The notes beneath the pieces were generated by a model. That model was given only the letters and a program-made list of their open reading frames with translations. It made no database searches and was not told the origin of the DNA. A program made the translations under genes and the position numbers. From contig OZ024741.1 of the NCBI GenBank assembly GCA_964016885.1, forward strand, positions 34,782,001 through 34,846,000: a DNA stretch of 64,000 nt. The letters run 5' to 3'. The stretch is from Eledone cirrhosa. Its lineage: Eukaryota. Every line of letters begins with the position of its first letter. Positions within the stretch are counted from its first letter, which is position 1. Positions 1 to 12,664 of the stretch are shown here, one piece after another.

Positions 1-1148
1 TCGGGAATGGTGCATGTCTACGCCCCTCCCACCAGACCACCGACGACAAGTGCCAACCTCTTTGCTAGCACCTTGACCAAAATCTTGAACTCTGTGTTTA
101 GCAGACGTCGAGGATAGTTGTTGAATCCTCGACGTCAGCGAGGATGGCCGCCATCAACCTTGTGATCTCCACTGAGGGCAGAACCTGGGTTACTCGAACC
201 CTCACGACTCTCTGGCCGCAGTATGTGGGCATCATTATTATTTTGTCACTGCGGAGTGGCGCAATAGTGTGTGCTCTGGTTTCTTCTGGTTTAGCGAAGA
301 GCACATCCACAGTACCATATCTCGATCCCCGGGCTATGAATGTTTTCTGTGCCCAGACGGCACCCATAGCCTTTTAGACCTGTGACTCCATTGCCCGTTT
401 GACTCGGTGTGATTTTATTCCAATTGTGCGATAACTGACCGAACACAAAAGCTTGTTTTTCATTATATTAGCTGGGCGTATGAGGCTTACTCTGTGTTCC
501 AGTCTTTTTGACCAACATCTTGGCTTGCTTTATCTCCTCGGTGATGTGTACCCGTTCAACATTTTTTGCGGCTTTAGCGAACAATGTGGTTGTGGTCTGC
601 TGTGCTGACTCATCGATAGTCTTGCCTTTGTTGCTGTTGGTGGTGGTGGTGTTCTTGTTGGTTTTTTTTTTCTTCTGTGTTGCTGCTGTTACAGTTGTTG
701 CTCCCTGGGTTCTTTATGACTGTTGCTGCTGTTATATTGTTGTTATTGAGGTGGCAGTGGTATCTGATCCTTCTAATGATGGAAAATTTTCGTAATGGTT
801 TGACATTGTGCTGCTGCTGCTTTTGTTGTCACCACCACTGCCACTGTGGCTGCTGCTGCTGTTCTTGCTTTCACCTTGTGATTGGATGGAATTGACTGTT
901 CCCTCCTGTGGACAATTTTTTTCGTCCGCCATGTTTTTTTTAACAAAAAATTGAGGGGTACGATTGTAAATAAATACAAATTCAGCCCTTAAGGGCGAGA
1001 GATACAGTTAAAAAAAACCACCTCCTTTGAAAGAGGGGTTCTTTAACTAGACAACAATGTAAAAATTACTATATAAAAGTTTCGATAAGTTCATAAAATT
1101 CAACTGACTTACTCCGTTGTAGTTACATACGTCTCGAGAGATTCAGCA
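1..1148 (-). mobile_element. 5' end and decayed ORF1 (gag-like) of an L1/Tx1-type non-LTR retrotransposon, running off the window
   Basis: ATG at 932 opens an S/T/Q/K-rich then RRM-like reading frame with several in-frame stops, ending near VVxEGRR. It is GC-richer than its flank. Clade assignment is tentative. Confidence 0.5.
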
Positions 1149-1959
1149 CAATAATAATAATAATAATACTATTAATAATTATTAATTAATGCAATCGTGC
1201 AATGCCTGTGCGTGGAGAGTATTTTTAAAGTGAGGAAAGACTGTGCACTGAGCCAATCCCACTCTCTGAGCGACAGTAGCTATAACCAGAAAAGAAGAAA
1301 AGATCAACATCATTGGTAACTACTGAGCCACAGGTTTTATGTCAGAGTTATCCCAGTTTCCTGAGTTACCTTCTCCTAGAAGAATGCCCTGATATACACA
1401 CCACTTAAACACAATAAAAACATCTTTTAACCAATTATTCACTGCTCTTTTTTCAATTCATTTTATATTGCTAGCACAGGCAATGTTTTATTTATGTCCT
1501 GCATAAACAGAGGTCCTGTAGCTCAGAAGTTAGTCATGCAAAGATCAATATCTTACTTAAAGAAACCAGGTGATCATTGACATCAGGAAAGGTGTCTGGC
1601 TATAGAATTCTACCTTCAGATCATACCATCAGAAAAACAGGCATACAAATGATGATGATGTTGGTGGTGGTTGTGGTGATGGTGGTTAATATACACCACC
1701 ACTTCATCAAAAGAAAAAGAGACATTAATCACATGAAAAAGTAATTTTTTAAAAATCTATTTATTAAATCATAAAAATTTTTATAAGTGGTTTCTAATTT
1801 AGGCACAAGGCCAGCAATTTTATTTTACTGATCTCCTTTTTCTCTGAAAGGATTAAAGGCAAAGTTGATCTTGATTAATGATATCCAATCACAAAAAATT
1901 AACCATGGATTTAAGATTTTAAATAATCAATCTTGCTATAAATTTATAAAAGAAATTAA

Positions 1960-2874
1960 CCCTTTTCTTACAATCTAATATATAATAATTGGAGGACTGA
2001 GATTGTTTCAGGAATATTTTTTCTAAATACGTTATTAAAATAAGTTGGATTACTTTGAATAAATTATGAATGAATATTATGTAATTTATCTCCTAAATTT
2101 CATAGCTGTTGATTAAACATAAATATTCTTATATATAATTGTTTCTACTTTTGGCACAAGGCCAGCAATTACCCAGTGCATTACTGGTACTTTATTTTAT
2201 CGACCCCGTAAGGATGAAAGGCAAAGTTAACTTGGCGGGATTTGAACTCAAGCCGTAAAGGGCCGTAACTCTATGCTGCTAAGCAGATAATGATTGGTTA
2301 TTTAAAGATTCACTTCTTTTAAAATGTTCAAACGTCAACACTTCTGGTTATGATATAATGTACACTATATCACATCGCTTATATAAACGTTCATATATTT
2401 GCATCATTATGTAACGTTTATATTTCCGTCGCTAATTTTTCCTTTTTCATTTTCATTACATTTCGCCGTAATGCAGTTTATATATAATATCGTCCTTTTT
2501 AAATGTATCATAGATTACTTTACTGATTACAGAAGAGAGTGTAACACAGTTTCTCTTCAATTTCCGTGCATATTGTCAATTACGATTTTATTTGACGTAT
2601 CATATCTACATGCATATATATTTGTGTATAATATTAACATGCACACTACACATGCTAGCAGAAAACCACTCGAAGGGTGATTTTTCTACTAGTATTTCTA
2701 TTGAAATACACAGTCTTAATTTAATGTTTAAAATAATCAAGACTTTTGTGGGATTTAGAAAAATAATTTATATTCATTTGATGATGTTTGGAGTATAACT
2801 TTCTTAAGTAATATTATGATGAGGTGTTTCAACATAAACATGAATACTTCAAAACAAGGTTGGTATTGAAAGGG
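1960..2874. mobile_element. piggyBac-type MITE hosting a Helitron
   Basis: TTAA|CCCTTT ... AAAGGG|TTAA termini. Confidence 0.65.
1974..2692 (+). mobile_element. Non-autonomous Helitron (copy 1), with a SINE inside at about 2137-2285
   Basis: A|TCTAATATATAATAA 5' end; subterminal hairpin and CTAG|T 3' end; no TSD; homologous to 42445-42902. Confidence 0.75.
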
Positions 2875-3031
2875 TTAAAGATTCAAAATTGAATAATACT
2901 GTGATGGTTGGGAAAATTCAACATAGTAATGGATCCCTTGATAAATTGTAATAGTATATTGAATGTTATAATTCAGATAAAATTCTAGTCTGTAGTGGAT
3001 CAGTTGATATAAAATCTTAAAACATTTTCCA

Positions 3032-3110
3032 TTAAGAGTCCATTATAACTTGATAAGCTTTTTGGTCATCTAACATCTTAAGAAATACACGGTACTTCTT
3101 TTCATGGTAA
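3032..3110 (-). CDS. FGGY: FGGY last coding exon ([25 protein letters not shown])
   Basis: tttcag acceptor; TAA at 3034-3032; matches the FGGY C-terminal KKYxVFLK pattern. Confidence 0.93.
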
Positions 3111-6100
3111 CTGAAATATAGAAAATATTTTTGTTTTATTCTAAATCAAAATTCTATAGAATTGGTCAGTAGTAGCTAAAATAACAACAGGGTAGAAAAA
3201 GTTCAAGGAGCTATGACCCCTGTTGGCAACAAAGAGATAATCTACTTTCACTTGAGTTGAGTATGTGATGCCTGTGTGATAAATGTAATGTTACATGGAA
3301 GTGAATGCAGAAGATTTACAAGGGATGGAGAGAAATGAATTGAGCATGTGTAATGTTAGCGTGCATGAATGAACTGAGGGGAAATCAAGGTATATGAAGA
3401 ATTAGAAGTAGCATATAGAAAAAAAGGTTACAGTGATATGGACATAATGAATATGGGTTATGATGGTTGAAGAGGTGCTGGAAATTCTAAGTGGAAAGAA
3501 GATCAAAGGGAAGAGGTGATAAAGACTGATCTCAGGATACTGAAGCTTACAAAGGAAAGAAACAAGTGTAAGGATGCTGTACTAGAGAAAAACAAATAAG
3601 GAAACAATGATGATATCATTAAGATAGAAATAATTATTTTCTTCTGCCATTTAAAAATCTATAAATGAGAATTACCTGAAGTCTTGTTTGTTTGGCATTA
3701 CAACAGAGCCTTCTCCACCCATGACGTCCATAGCTTTCTGTTAAAGAAATAAAAGTTAAATCTATATCATAATGTCATGACATGACCTGGGCCAATACAG
3801 GCCGAAACCTATAAAGTTATAATAATTGTACAGCCATTTTGTCTGTCACAAAAACATTACAATCTATCAAAAATGTTCAAACATTTTTTATTTAGAATTT
3901 AGAATTCATGAAACACAAATGTAAAATTAAAAAAAGCAGGGGTGGAGGTATGTTCTAAAATGGTTTCATTCATACCCCAGTAATCAGTGTTCTATGATGA
4001 CTGTGTTATGTCTATCCGCCACTCTCTCTTATGTTTCATTACTTTGGAGTTAAAGTACTCCAGTGTATTACGCTCATACACATGAAATACTTCAATGAAG
4101 TACACATGCACACACACACACATATATATATATATACATTGTTATATTTGGGGAGGGTCACTATTGGCAACATGACCATCCACAAATATAACAGTATTGG
4201 TTTCAACAAGAGGCTTACAGAACAAATACATAAATATATATATATATGTTGGTACCACAACATTCAGTCCAAACTAATGAGGTCGTGTAGGTGTCACGAC
4301 AAAAATCACAGAGTCTACGCTGTAATGTGGTCGTGTAGGTAACACGGTAAAAAGCTCCCAGTCCACACTGTAAATGTGGTTGGTGTTAGGAAGTGCATCC
4401 AGCCATAGAAAATCTGCCAGATAGTCCTATATGAGCGAGACATCGTCACCTGAGCAATCTTGCCTCAAATGACACAATTCCCGGCTAACCCATGCTAGCA
4501 TGGAAGATAGACATTAAACGATGATATATATACACACACACACACATACATACATACATACATCTATATATCAAACCGAATCCAGAGTTTAGCTGCCTGT
4601 TGCTGAACTATTGTGTTACTGCTTCTGACTTAGAGCTGATCATTTACAAAATATGTGTTACACATAACCATTAATAAAATATGTTGAATTGAAACTTAGA
4701 TCTCTCATCTGGAAGAAAGGCCTAGAATCTAAAGGTCTTAAAGTCAACTTGGCAAAGACCAAACTCCTAGTATCATCATCATCAACGTTTAACGTCCGTG
4801 TTCCACGCTTGCATGGGTTTGGACGGGGGTAGTCCCACTTGAGGCAAGAGTGATTGTCTTGCTCGCATAGGACTGTCTGGCAGGTTTTCTACAGTTGGAT
4901 GCCCTTCCTAACACCAACCACATTTACAGTGTGGGTCTGGGAGGTTTTTACCGTGTTGCCTACACGGCCACATTACAGCGTGGACTGTGTGTTTTTTTGT
5001 CGTGACACCTACACGATCTCATTTGTTTCGGCCTGGATGGCGCGGCACCAACATAACTTTACATAGAATGGGGTGGTGTGGATGGGGTGGGGTGGGGGTG
5101 GTGGGACGGGGTGTATTTTGTTAGAGATGCCTACTGGCTGGAGTAGGTTTTACTATATATTTAGGTAAGGCGGGTCTTCTCTGTTACTGAGTACCGCCAA
5201 AGGTCTCGGTCCAGTGACATTGTCTTGGAGAGGTGTAAGTGTGTGATGTCGGAGTTTATCAGCTCTCCCAGGTTTTTCTAGGTCTGCCTATTCCGTGACT
5301 ACCGTCTATCTTTATTGCCCTGCACTTTGTTATACAGCTATCGACTTTCATGCGCATCACGTGTCCGTACCAACGTAGCCTTCTCTCGAGTAAACAACAT
5401 CTGATCCCTCTTATCTCTAATTTTTTCCTTAGTTCGTTTATGCTTTGCCGTTCACGTATATTACTGTTACACATCCAGCGGAGCATGCAAGCTTCGTTCC
5501 TCTCTAGTCTGCGTATATCCTCTGCACACAATGCCCAGGTCTCACTGCCATGCAACATTGCTGTTCGTATGCAGGCATCGTACAACCTGCCTTTCATTTT
5601 TAGGGAGAACCCTTTAGCAGCTAATAGTGGTATAAGCTCTCTGAACTTTTTCCAACCAGTTCTGACTCTAGCTACAGTACTTTCAGAGCACCCTCCCCCA
5701 CTGCTGATTTTATCGCCCAGGTAACGGAAGCTGTCCACTATTTCTATAGAACCCTCTGCGCAATTGAAAGAGCTAGTATTTTGTGAGCACTTGCTGCTAC
5801 TTATTGCACCAGAACACCGGCCACATGTAAAATCTATGTTCTTAGTTAGCTTACCTGTGATCCCACTACATCTTTTATGCACCCATACTTTGCATTTAGG
5901 ACATAAAATGGAGTTTCTACCTACGCCTTTCCTACACACCGAGCACGACCATTTCCCAGAAGGGACCGCCGCCTTGTTTTCTTTCCTACAAACTAGAACT
6001 TTGGTCTTAGCCAGGTTAATTTTAAGTCCTTTTGACTCTAGGCCGTGCTTCCATGTTTGGAATTTCTTCTCTAGCTCGGCCATTGATTCCGCTATGAGTG

Positions 6101-9100
6101 TCAGGTCGTCTGCGTATAGGAGTTCCCATGGGCAGCCTGTCTTGAACTCCTCTGTTATAGCCTGAAGGGCAATAATAAATAGTAGGGGGCTGAGAACAGA
6201 GCCCTGATGGACGCCAACTTTTACGCTAAACTCTTCACTATATTCGTTGTTAATTCTAACCTTGCTGACTGTTTCTTTATACATGGCTTGTATCGCCCTC
6301 ACAAGCCATTCGTCAACGCCTAGTTTTCTAAGAGCCCACCAGATAATGGAGCGGGGGACTCTGTCGAAGGCTTTCTCCAAGTCGACAAAAGCTAAGTAGA
6401 GGGGTTTACCTTTAGCTAGGAACTTCTCCTGTAGTTGTCGTACTATGAAAAGAGCGTCTGTGGTACTTTTGCCTGACACAAACCCGAACTGCATTTCATC
6501 TAGGTCAATTCTCTCTCTGATTAGTTGCGCTATTACTTTTTCCGTGACCTTCATGACCTGGTCGATTAATTTAATGCCTCTATAGTTACTCCTATCTAGG
6601 GCGTCTCCTTTACCCTTATAACAGTTAACGATGATGCTGCTATGCCAGTCCTTCGGAACAACCCCATTCTGTACGACTTGGTTAACTATGCAAGTGACCA
6701 TGGTGTGTCCCACCGTGCCAGATGCCTTCAGCATCTCAGCAACTATTTCCGAAGGCCCAGCCGCCTTACCCGTCTTCATATCCTTGATTGCCTTACTTAT
6801 TATACTCTCCTCGACTAACACTGCTGGTCCCTCTATTGGGTCGATATGGGGGAGACTGTCTTTCTCCCATTTATTCTCCTCATTTAGTAGCCTTTCATAG
6901 TGACACTTCCAAGCTACCTTCTTATCAGTGTCGGTGATGGCAAGTATGCCATCATCGTTAAGTACACACTTCTCCCCGACAATATCACGGTATGTGGAAA
7001 GGAAAACAGGGCCCAGATTCCTCCAGGGAAATGGCCATGTTCAGTGTGCAGGAAAGGAGTAGATAGAAATTCCATCATATGCCCCAAATGCAAACTATGG
7101 GTACACAAGCGATGTAATGGAATTTCAGGTAGGCTAGCAAAGAACACAGGTTTTATATGTGGTTGTTGCACAGATGCAGTAAGTAGCACAAGCCCACAGG
7201 ATACTAGCTCTTGTAAATGCCTAGAAGGCTTGGTAGTAGTAGTTGATAGTTTCTGTTACAGGGGCGATAAATTATCAGCGGAGGTTGGTATTCCAAAAGT
7301 TCAGGGAACTACTACCACAGCTAACTACAAAAAACGTTTCCTTCAAAATTAAGGGCAGATTGTATGATGCATGTATACGAACAGCAAAGTTGCACAGTAG
7401 TGAGACCTGGGTGTTGTGTGCAGAGGACCTGCAAAGATTTGAATGAAATGAAGCTGGTATGCTTCGATGGATGTATAATAGTAATATACATGAACAAAGT
7501 ATAAATGAACTGAGAGAGAAACTGGGCATAAGAGGAACCAGATGCAGTGTGCAGAAGAGAATATGTTGGTATGGACATATGATGCATATGAAGGATGATA
7601 GCTGTATAAAAAGGTGCAGAGCGCTCAAAGTCGATGGAAGCCTTGGGATGAGGTGATAAAAGCTGACCTTGCTCAATTGCACCTCTCAAAGACAATGACA
7701 CAGGACCGGGATCTCTGGTGTTATGCAGTAATACAGAAAACCCGCCTTCCCATGAGCACAGGCTGAAGCATACATATATATAGAATGCGCCACCTCCACC
7801 CCACCCTCCCATACATCTCTCATGTGGACAGGCTGTAGCATGCGTCCAGTGAAGCCTCCAGCCCACACTGTAAAGTGGTCGTGTAGGTGTCACAACAAAA
7901 AGCACTGTGCCCACACTGTAAAGTGGTCGTGTAGGTGTCACAACAAAAAAGCACTGTGCCCACTGTAAAGTGGTCGTGTAGGTGTCACAACAAAAAGCAC
8001 CCAACTCACACTGTAAAGTGGTTGGTGTTAGAAAGGGCTTCCAGCTGTAGAAACCAAGCCAGAAATAGTTCTGTGTGAACAAGACACAGTCTCCTGACCC
8101 AACTTCCCTCAAACAGGACAACCCATCAAACCCATGCTAGTGGAGAAAAATGGACGTTTAATGGTGATGATATATATGCACGCACACACATATATATATA
8201 AACTATCTTGGAAGTCAACAATGAATACTGGACTAGAGCCAATACTTCCAACAATTTTGATATCACAATGGGTGCTTCCGATTCATCGCAATTGACTGAT
8301 TTGATTGGTATTTTTATTTTGAATTTTTTAAATCGGAAAATTCGTCAACTTCGCGGTGGAATTTATCGTGACGATGGCCTTTTTACTATCTTAAACTGCA
8401 ACTTAGTTAACCTTAATATTATTAAGAACAATATACGTGATCTCTTTAAGCACCATAACCTTAAAATTGAATTTGATAACAACGTCAAATTAGCTAACTT
8501 CTTGGATATATCCCTTAATCTTGACACTGGCCTATATTACCCTTACCATAAAAACAATGAGAATCTAAATTATGTTAATTTTAAATCTAACCACCCCACT
8601 AACATTAAAAATGCTATAGTCAGTAATATTGAAAAAAGAATCTCAAATCTATCCTCTAATAAAGATATCTTCGATGCTAATGCCAATTACTATAATAATG
8701 CGCTTTCTAAAGCCAGTTATCCTGATAAAATTAAATACACTAAGGAAACCAATCCTCGAAGGTCTTACAGTAAAATAATTAATTATGAACATTCCAATAA
8801 CTTAAATAAAAGACCTAGATACAAAAATATAATTTGGTATAATGCTCCTTTTTCTATATCTATTAATAATACTATTCCTAAACTATTATTTAGGGCCTTA
8901 GATAAATGCTTCCCTCCCTCACATATCTATAGTAAAATCTTTAACAAACATACAAATGTTCTTATTCCACCACTTCCAACATCTCTAACATTATCTCTAA
9001 ACACAACAATAAAATATTAAATAAATTACATCCTTCCAACACTGAGCGTCATAATAATAGCAGTAGTATACCCGACGTCATTGTTAACTCTAGGCTAGAT

Positions 9101-12100
9101 TCTGTAAATTTAAATACGACATCAAACGTAACTTCGTTGAATGTTCATAATACCAATCTAAATCAGGAAACTATCCAATTCCTTCTATAAATAATTGTTT
9201 CTACGTTAGGCACAAGGCCAGCAATTACCCAGTGCATTACTGGTACTTTATTTTATCGACCCCGTAAGGATGAAAAGCAAAGTTAACCTTGGCGGGATTT
9301 ATAAATAATACTAGGTCACTTGTTAATAACTCAGTTAATTTCTCTAATCGTAATTGTAATTGCCCTATTAAAAATAAATGTCCTCTTAATAACCATTGTC
9401 TTGATAAAAACTTAGTCTATGAATGTAAGGTTATAACTGATACTAATTCTTTTACCTATTTCGGTTCCACTTCCTTCAAAGCTAGATTTTATAATCACAA
9501 ATCGTCTTTTAGATACCAACTTAAAAGAACTAACATGGCACTCTCGGAACTCATATGGTCCTTGAAAGACACAAATATTAACTATGACATCTCTTGGAAG
9601 AAGGTTTGTTCCGCCTTTCCTTACCTGAATTCTTCCCTATCCAGAACATGTAATTTCTGCCTAACCGAGAAATTTACCATTATATCTAATTTCAATTCTA
9701 TAATAAATAGACGCACAGATTTTTTTTGCTTTGCTTGCATAAATCCCATAAAACATTCCATAAAGTATACAGCTAATATCTCAAAACCTTACTAGTTTAA
9801 AATCCTTTTTTCTCAAAGGATTATATATCTTTTATAAATATACCCATCTTTCTACCTTATTTCAGTATTATATATTATATAATACAATTTACTCATTCTA
9901 TGTCATTCTTCTTTATCATTTTCCTTTCTTCCTTTTTTCTTTTTAATTTCTAATCTCTAATCTGTACTTTTTCTTCCCAACTACTTCTCAATTCATATTA
10001 TTACTCAACACAACATTATCCATTCTTCCATCTTTCGTCATATCATTGGCCATAAAAATTATTTTTTTTAATACATTATAATATTACCATTAGAAGTCCT
10101 TCGTAAACATATAAACTTTTTGACGTTAGATTTTTTTCTTCCTTAAATTTTTCTTATCTCTTCTATCCTTTCATGCTCGTTTTAAACCTACTACTTAATT
10201 TTACTTTTACATATTACAATACATAAAAACAAACTTAAACCCTAACTAATTTCTTTTTAATATATTATAATATTACCATTAGAAAATATTTCGTAAACAT
10301 ATATACTTTTTGATGTTAGATATTTTCTTCCTTAAACATTTTTTTCTTCTCTCCTTCCGCGTTCATTTTAAACATACTATTTACGTATATATTTTTCATT
10401 TTACGTCCGCTTTTCCTTGCTTCCAAGGGTGGGACGGGAACTGATTCTGGCTTGATTTCTACAGCTGGATGCCCTTCCTAACACCAACCTCATTTACAGT
10501 GAGTGCTAGGTGCTTTTTTGCCGTGGCGCCTACACGTCCACTTTTCAGTGGAATGATAGGGAACCCAGTCCCTATCATCTCATTTCTACAGCTGAGTAAA
10601 CTGGAGCAATGTGAAATAAAGTGTCTTGCTCAAGGAAACAACACATCACCCGGTCTGAGAATTGAACTCACAACCTTTCGATTGCAAGGCCAATTCTCTA
10701 ACCACTAAGCCATGTGCCTCCATATATACATATATATATACATATTACAATACATAAAAACAAACTTAAACCCCAACTAATTCCTCTAAATTCATAACTC
10801 ATTTATTCTTCTCCTTTTCACATTATATCCTTAATATCATTAATATTTTTATTTTAATAATACATATTAATAAATTCTTTTCTTCGCACATATTATTAAA
10901 CCCTTCAATATACAAACCTTAATTTAATACTATTCTTAATTCCTTTTTCTTCATGCATAAACCTCATTAACTTTTAATTTCAAAATCTTTTAAATTATCT
11001 ATTATCTTCCAACAGCTTTTTAATTTCTCTCTGTGAGACAATATTTTTTCTCAGTTGTAAAGGCTATCACTCTCTCTATCACCCATCTCTCCTCCTCTCT
11101 CATCCTTCCTTCTTATACTCCTCCCCCACCATCCTTTACTCTTATTTCTTCCTCACCTTTTCCAACCCCCCTCACTTTTTCCCAATCTCATACATCCATC
11201 TTAATTTATTTTTCATATGTTGATTTAAAACTTCACTGCTCACAAGTGTTTTTTAAGCTTCATATCATGTCTCCATTTTATCTGATGAGAACGCAGATAT
11301 CATCCCATGATGATATTTGTTTTTGAAATTCTTTTAACCATCTTTTGATCTTATATTATATATATATATATACATATACATACATATATATACACACACA
11401 CACATGATGGACTTCCACACACTTTATGTCCACCAAACTATTTCATCAAGACTTACCTGAATACTAGAATAATTTCCACAGGCAACTGCACCAAGGATAG
11501 CTGCCCCCAGCAACACTGATTCATCCCTATCAGGAAGAACAAAGGGGACTCCTGCACAAAAAGAGATACCAGTAATTAAGACCAAGAGTCGAAGTTTATT
11601 TTTAGGGTTTACAGATAAAAACAAGAATAAAAGAATGAAGAGAAATAAATATATATATCGACAGTTGATCAACTTTCGTCAAATCGGACCGAGGAAACAA
11701 TGTTTCCGTTGGTCTTTCCAATTGCTAATACTAGCTATCAGTCTCAACTCCAGGTAGAAGGAGTAACGTTGAAATAAAGTGTCTTGCTCAAGGACATAAC
11801 ACATCACCCGGTCCAGGAATCGAACTCACAACTCACGATTGCGAATCCAATTCTCTAACCACTCGGCCACGTGCCTTCACAAATATATATGTGTGTCTGT
11901 GTGTATGTGCGTGTATATATATATGTATATATATGTATATATATATATATATATATATGGATGTGTAATAGTAATATACGTGAACGGCAAAGCATAAACA
12001 AATTAAGGGAGAAATTAGGAATAAGAGGGATCAGATGTTGTTTACTCGAGAGAAGACTACGTTGGTACGGTCACGTGATGCGCATGAAAGATGACAGCTG

Positions 12101-12630
12101 TATAAAAAAAGTGCAGGGTGATAAAAATAGACGGTAGCCACGGAGTAGGCAGACCCAGAAAAACCTGGGATGACTTGATAAATTCCGACCTCACACACTT
12201 ACACCTTTCCAAGACAATGTCACTGGACCGAGATCTTTGGCGCTACACAGTAATACAGAAGACCCGCCTTGCCTAAGTACAAAGCGAAACCTACAGTCAG
12301 TAGGCACCTCTAACAAAAATACACCCCTGTCCCACTACCCTCTTCAATGTGAAGTTATGTTGGTACAACATCCAGTCCGAAACAAATGAGGTCGTGTAGG
12401 TGTCACGACAAAAAAAACACAGTCCACGCTGTAATGTGGTCGTGTAGGTAACATGGTAAAAATCTCCCAGTCCACACTGTAAATGTGGTTGGTGTTAGGA
12501 AGGGCATCCAGCCGTAGAAAACCCGCCAGACAGTCCTATATGAGCAAGATAACCACTATTGCCTCAAGTGGGAAAACTCCCGTCCAAACCCATGCAAGCG
12601 TGGAAGATGGACGTTAAACGATGATGATGA

Positions 12631-12664
<34 letters not shown>

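Larger units (their letters stand above)
8200..11350 (+). mobile_element. 5'-truncated Penelope-like element (RT + GIY-YIG endonuclease; resembles the Naiad group), disrupted
   Basis: RT motifs FDITMG, YRDDGL and FLDI; CNC-x5-CPL; endonuclease LVYECKV...[25 protein letters not shown]. Frameshift near 8955. SINE insertion at 9196-9299 with TSD TATAAATAAT. Long AT-rich tail ending in a hammerhead-like motif; (TA)n flanks. The group assignment is from recalled motif patterns. Confidence 0.85.

Noticed and set aside
3770-3822. GGCC-AATACA-GGCCGAAAC, resembling the right half of a hammerhead
   Set aside because: There is no CUGANGA core upstream and no stem I.
5350-7682. Shadow ORFs overlapping the RTE copies on the opposite strand
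   Set aside because: They are antisense frames of RT-coding sequence with no independent motifs.
11655-11748. Minus-strand CTGATAG...GACGAAAGTTGATCAACTG hammerhead-like arrangement
   Set aside because: The core deviates (CUGAUAG), the cleavage position would be G, and stem I is not supported; it is better explained as a SINE tail with hairpins.
11760-11880. Possible tRNA gene (A and B boxes)
   Set aside because: It runs straight into a SINE core with no acceptor stem closure or Pol III terminator; it is a SINE head, as are the other A/B-box hits.
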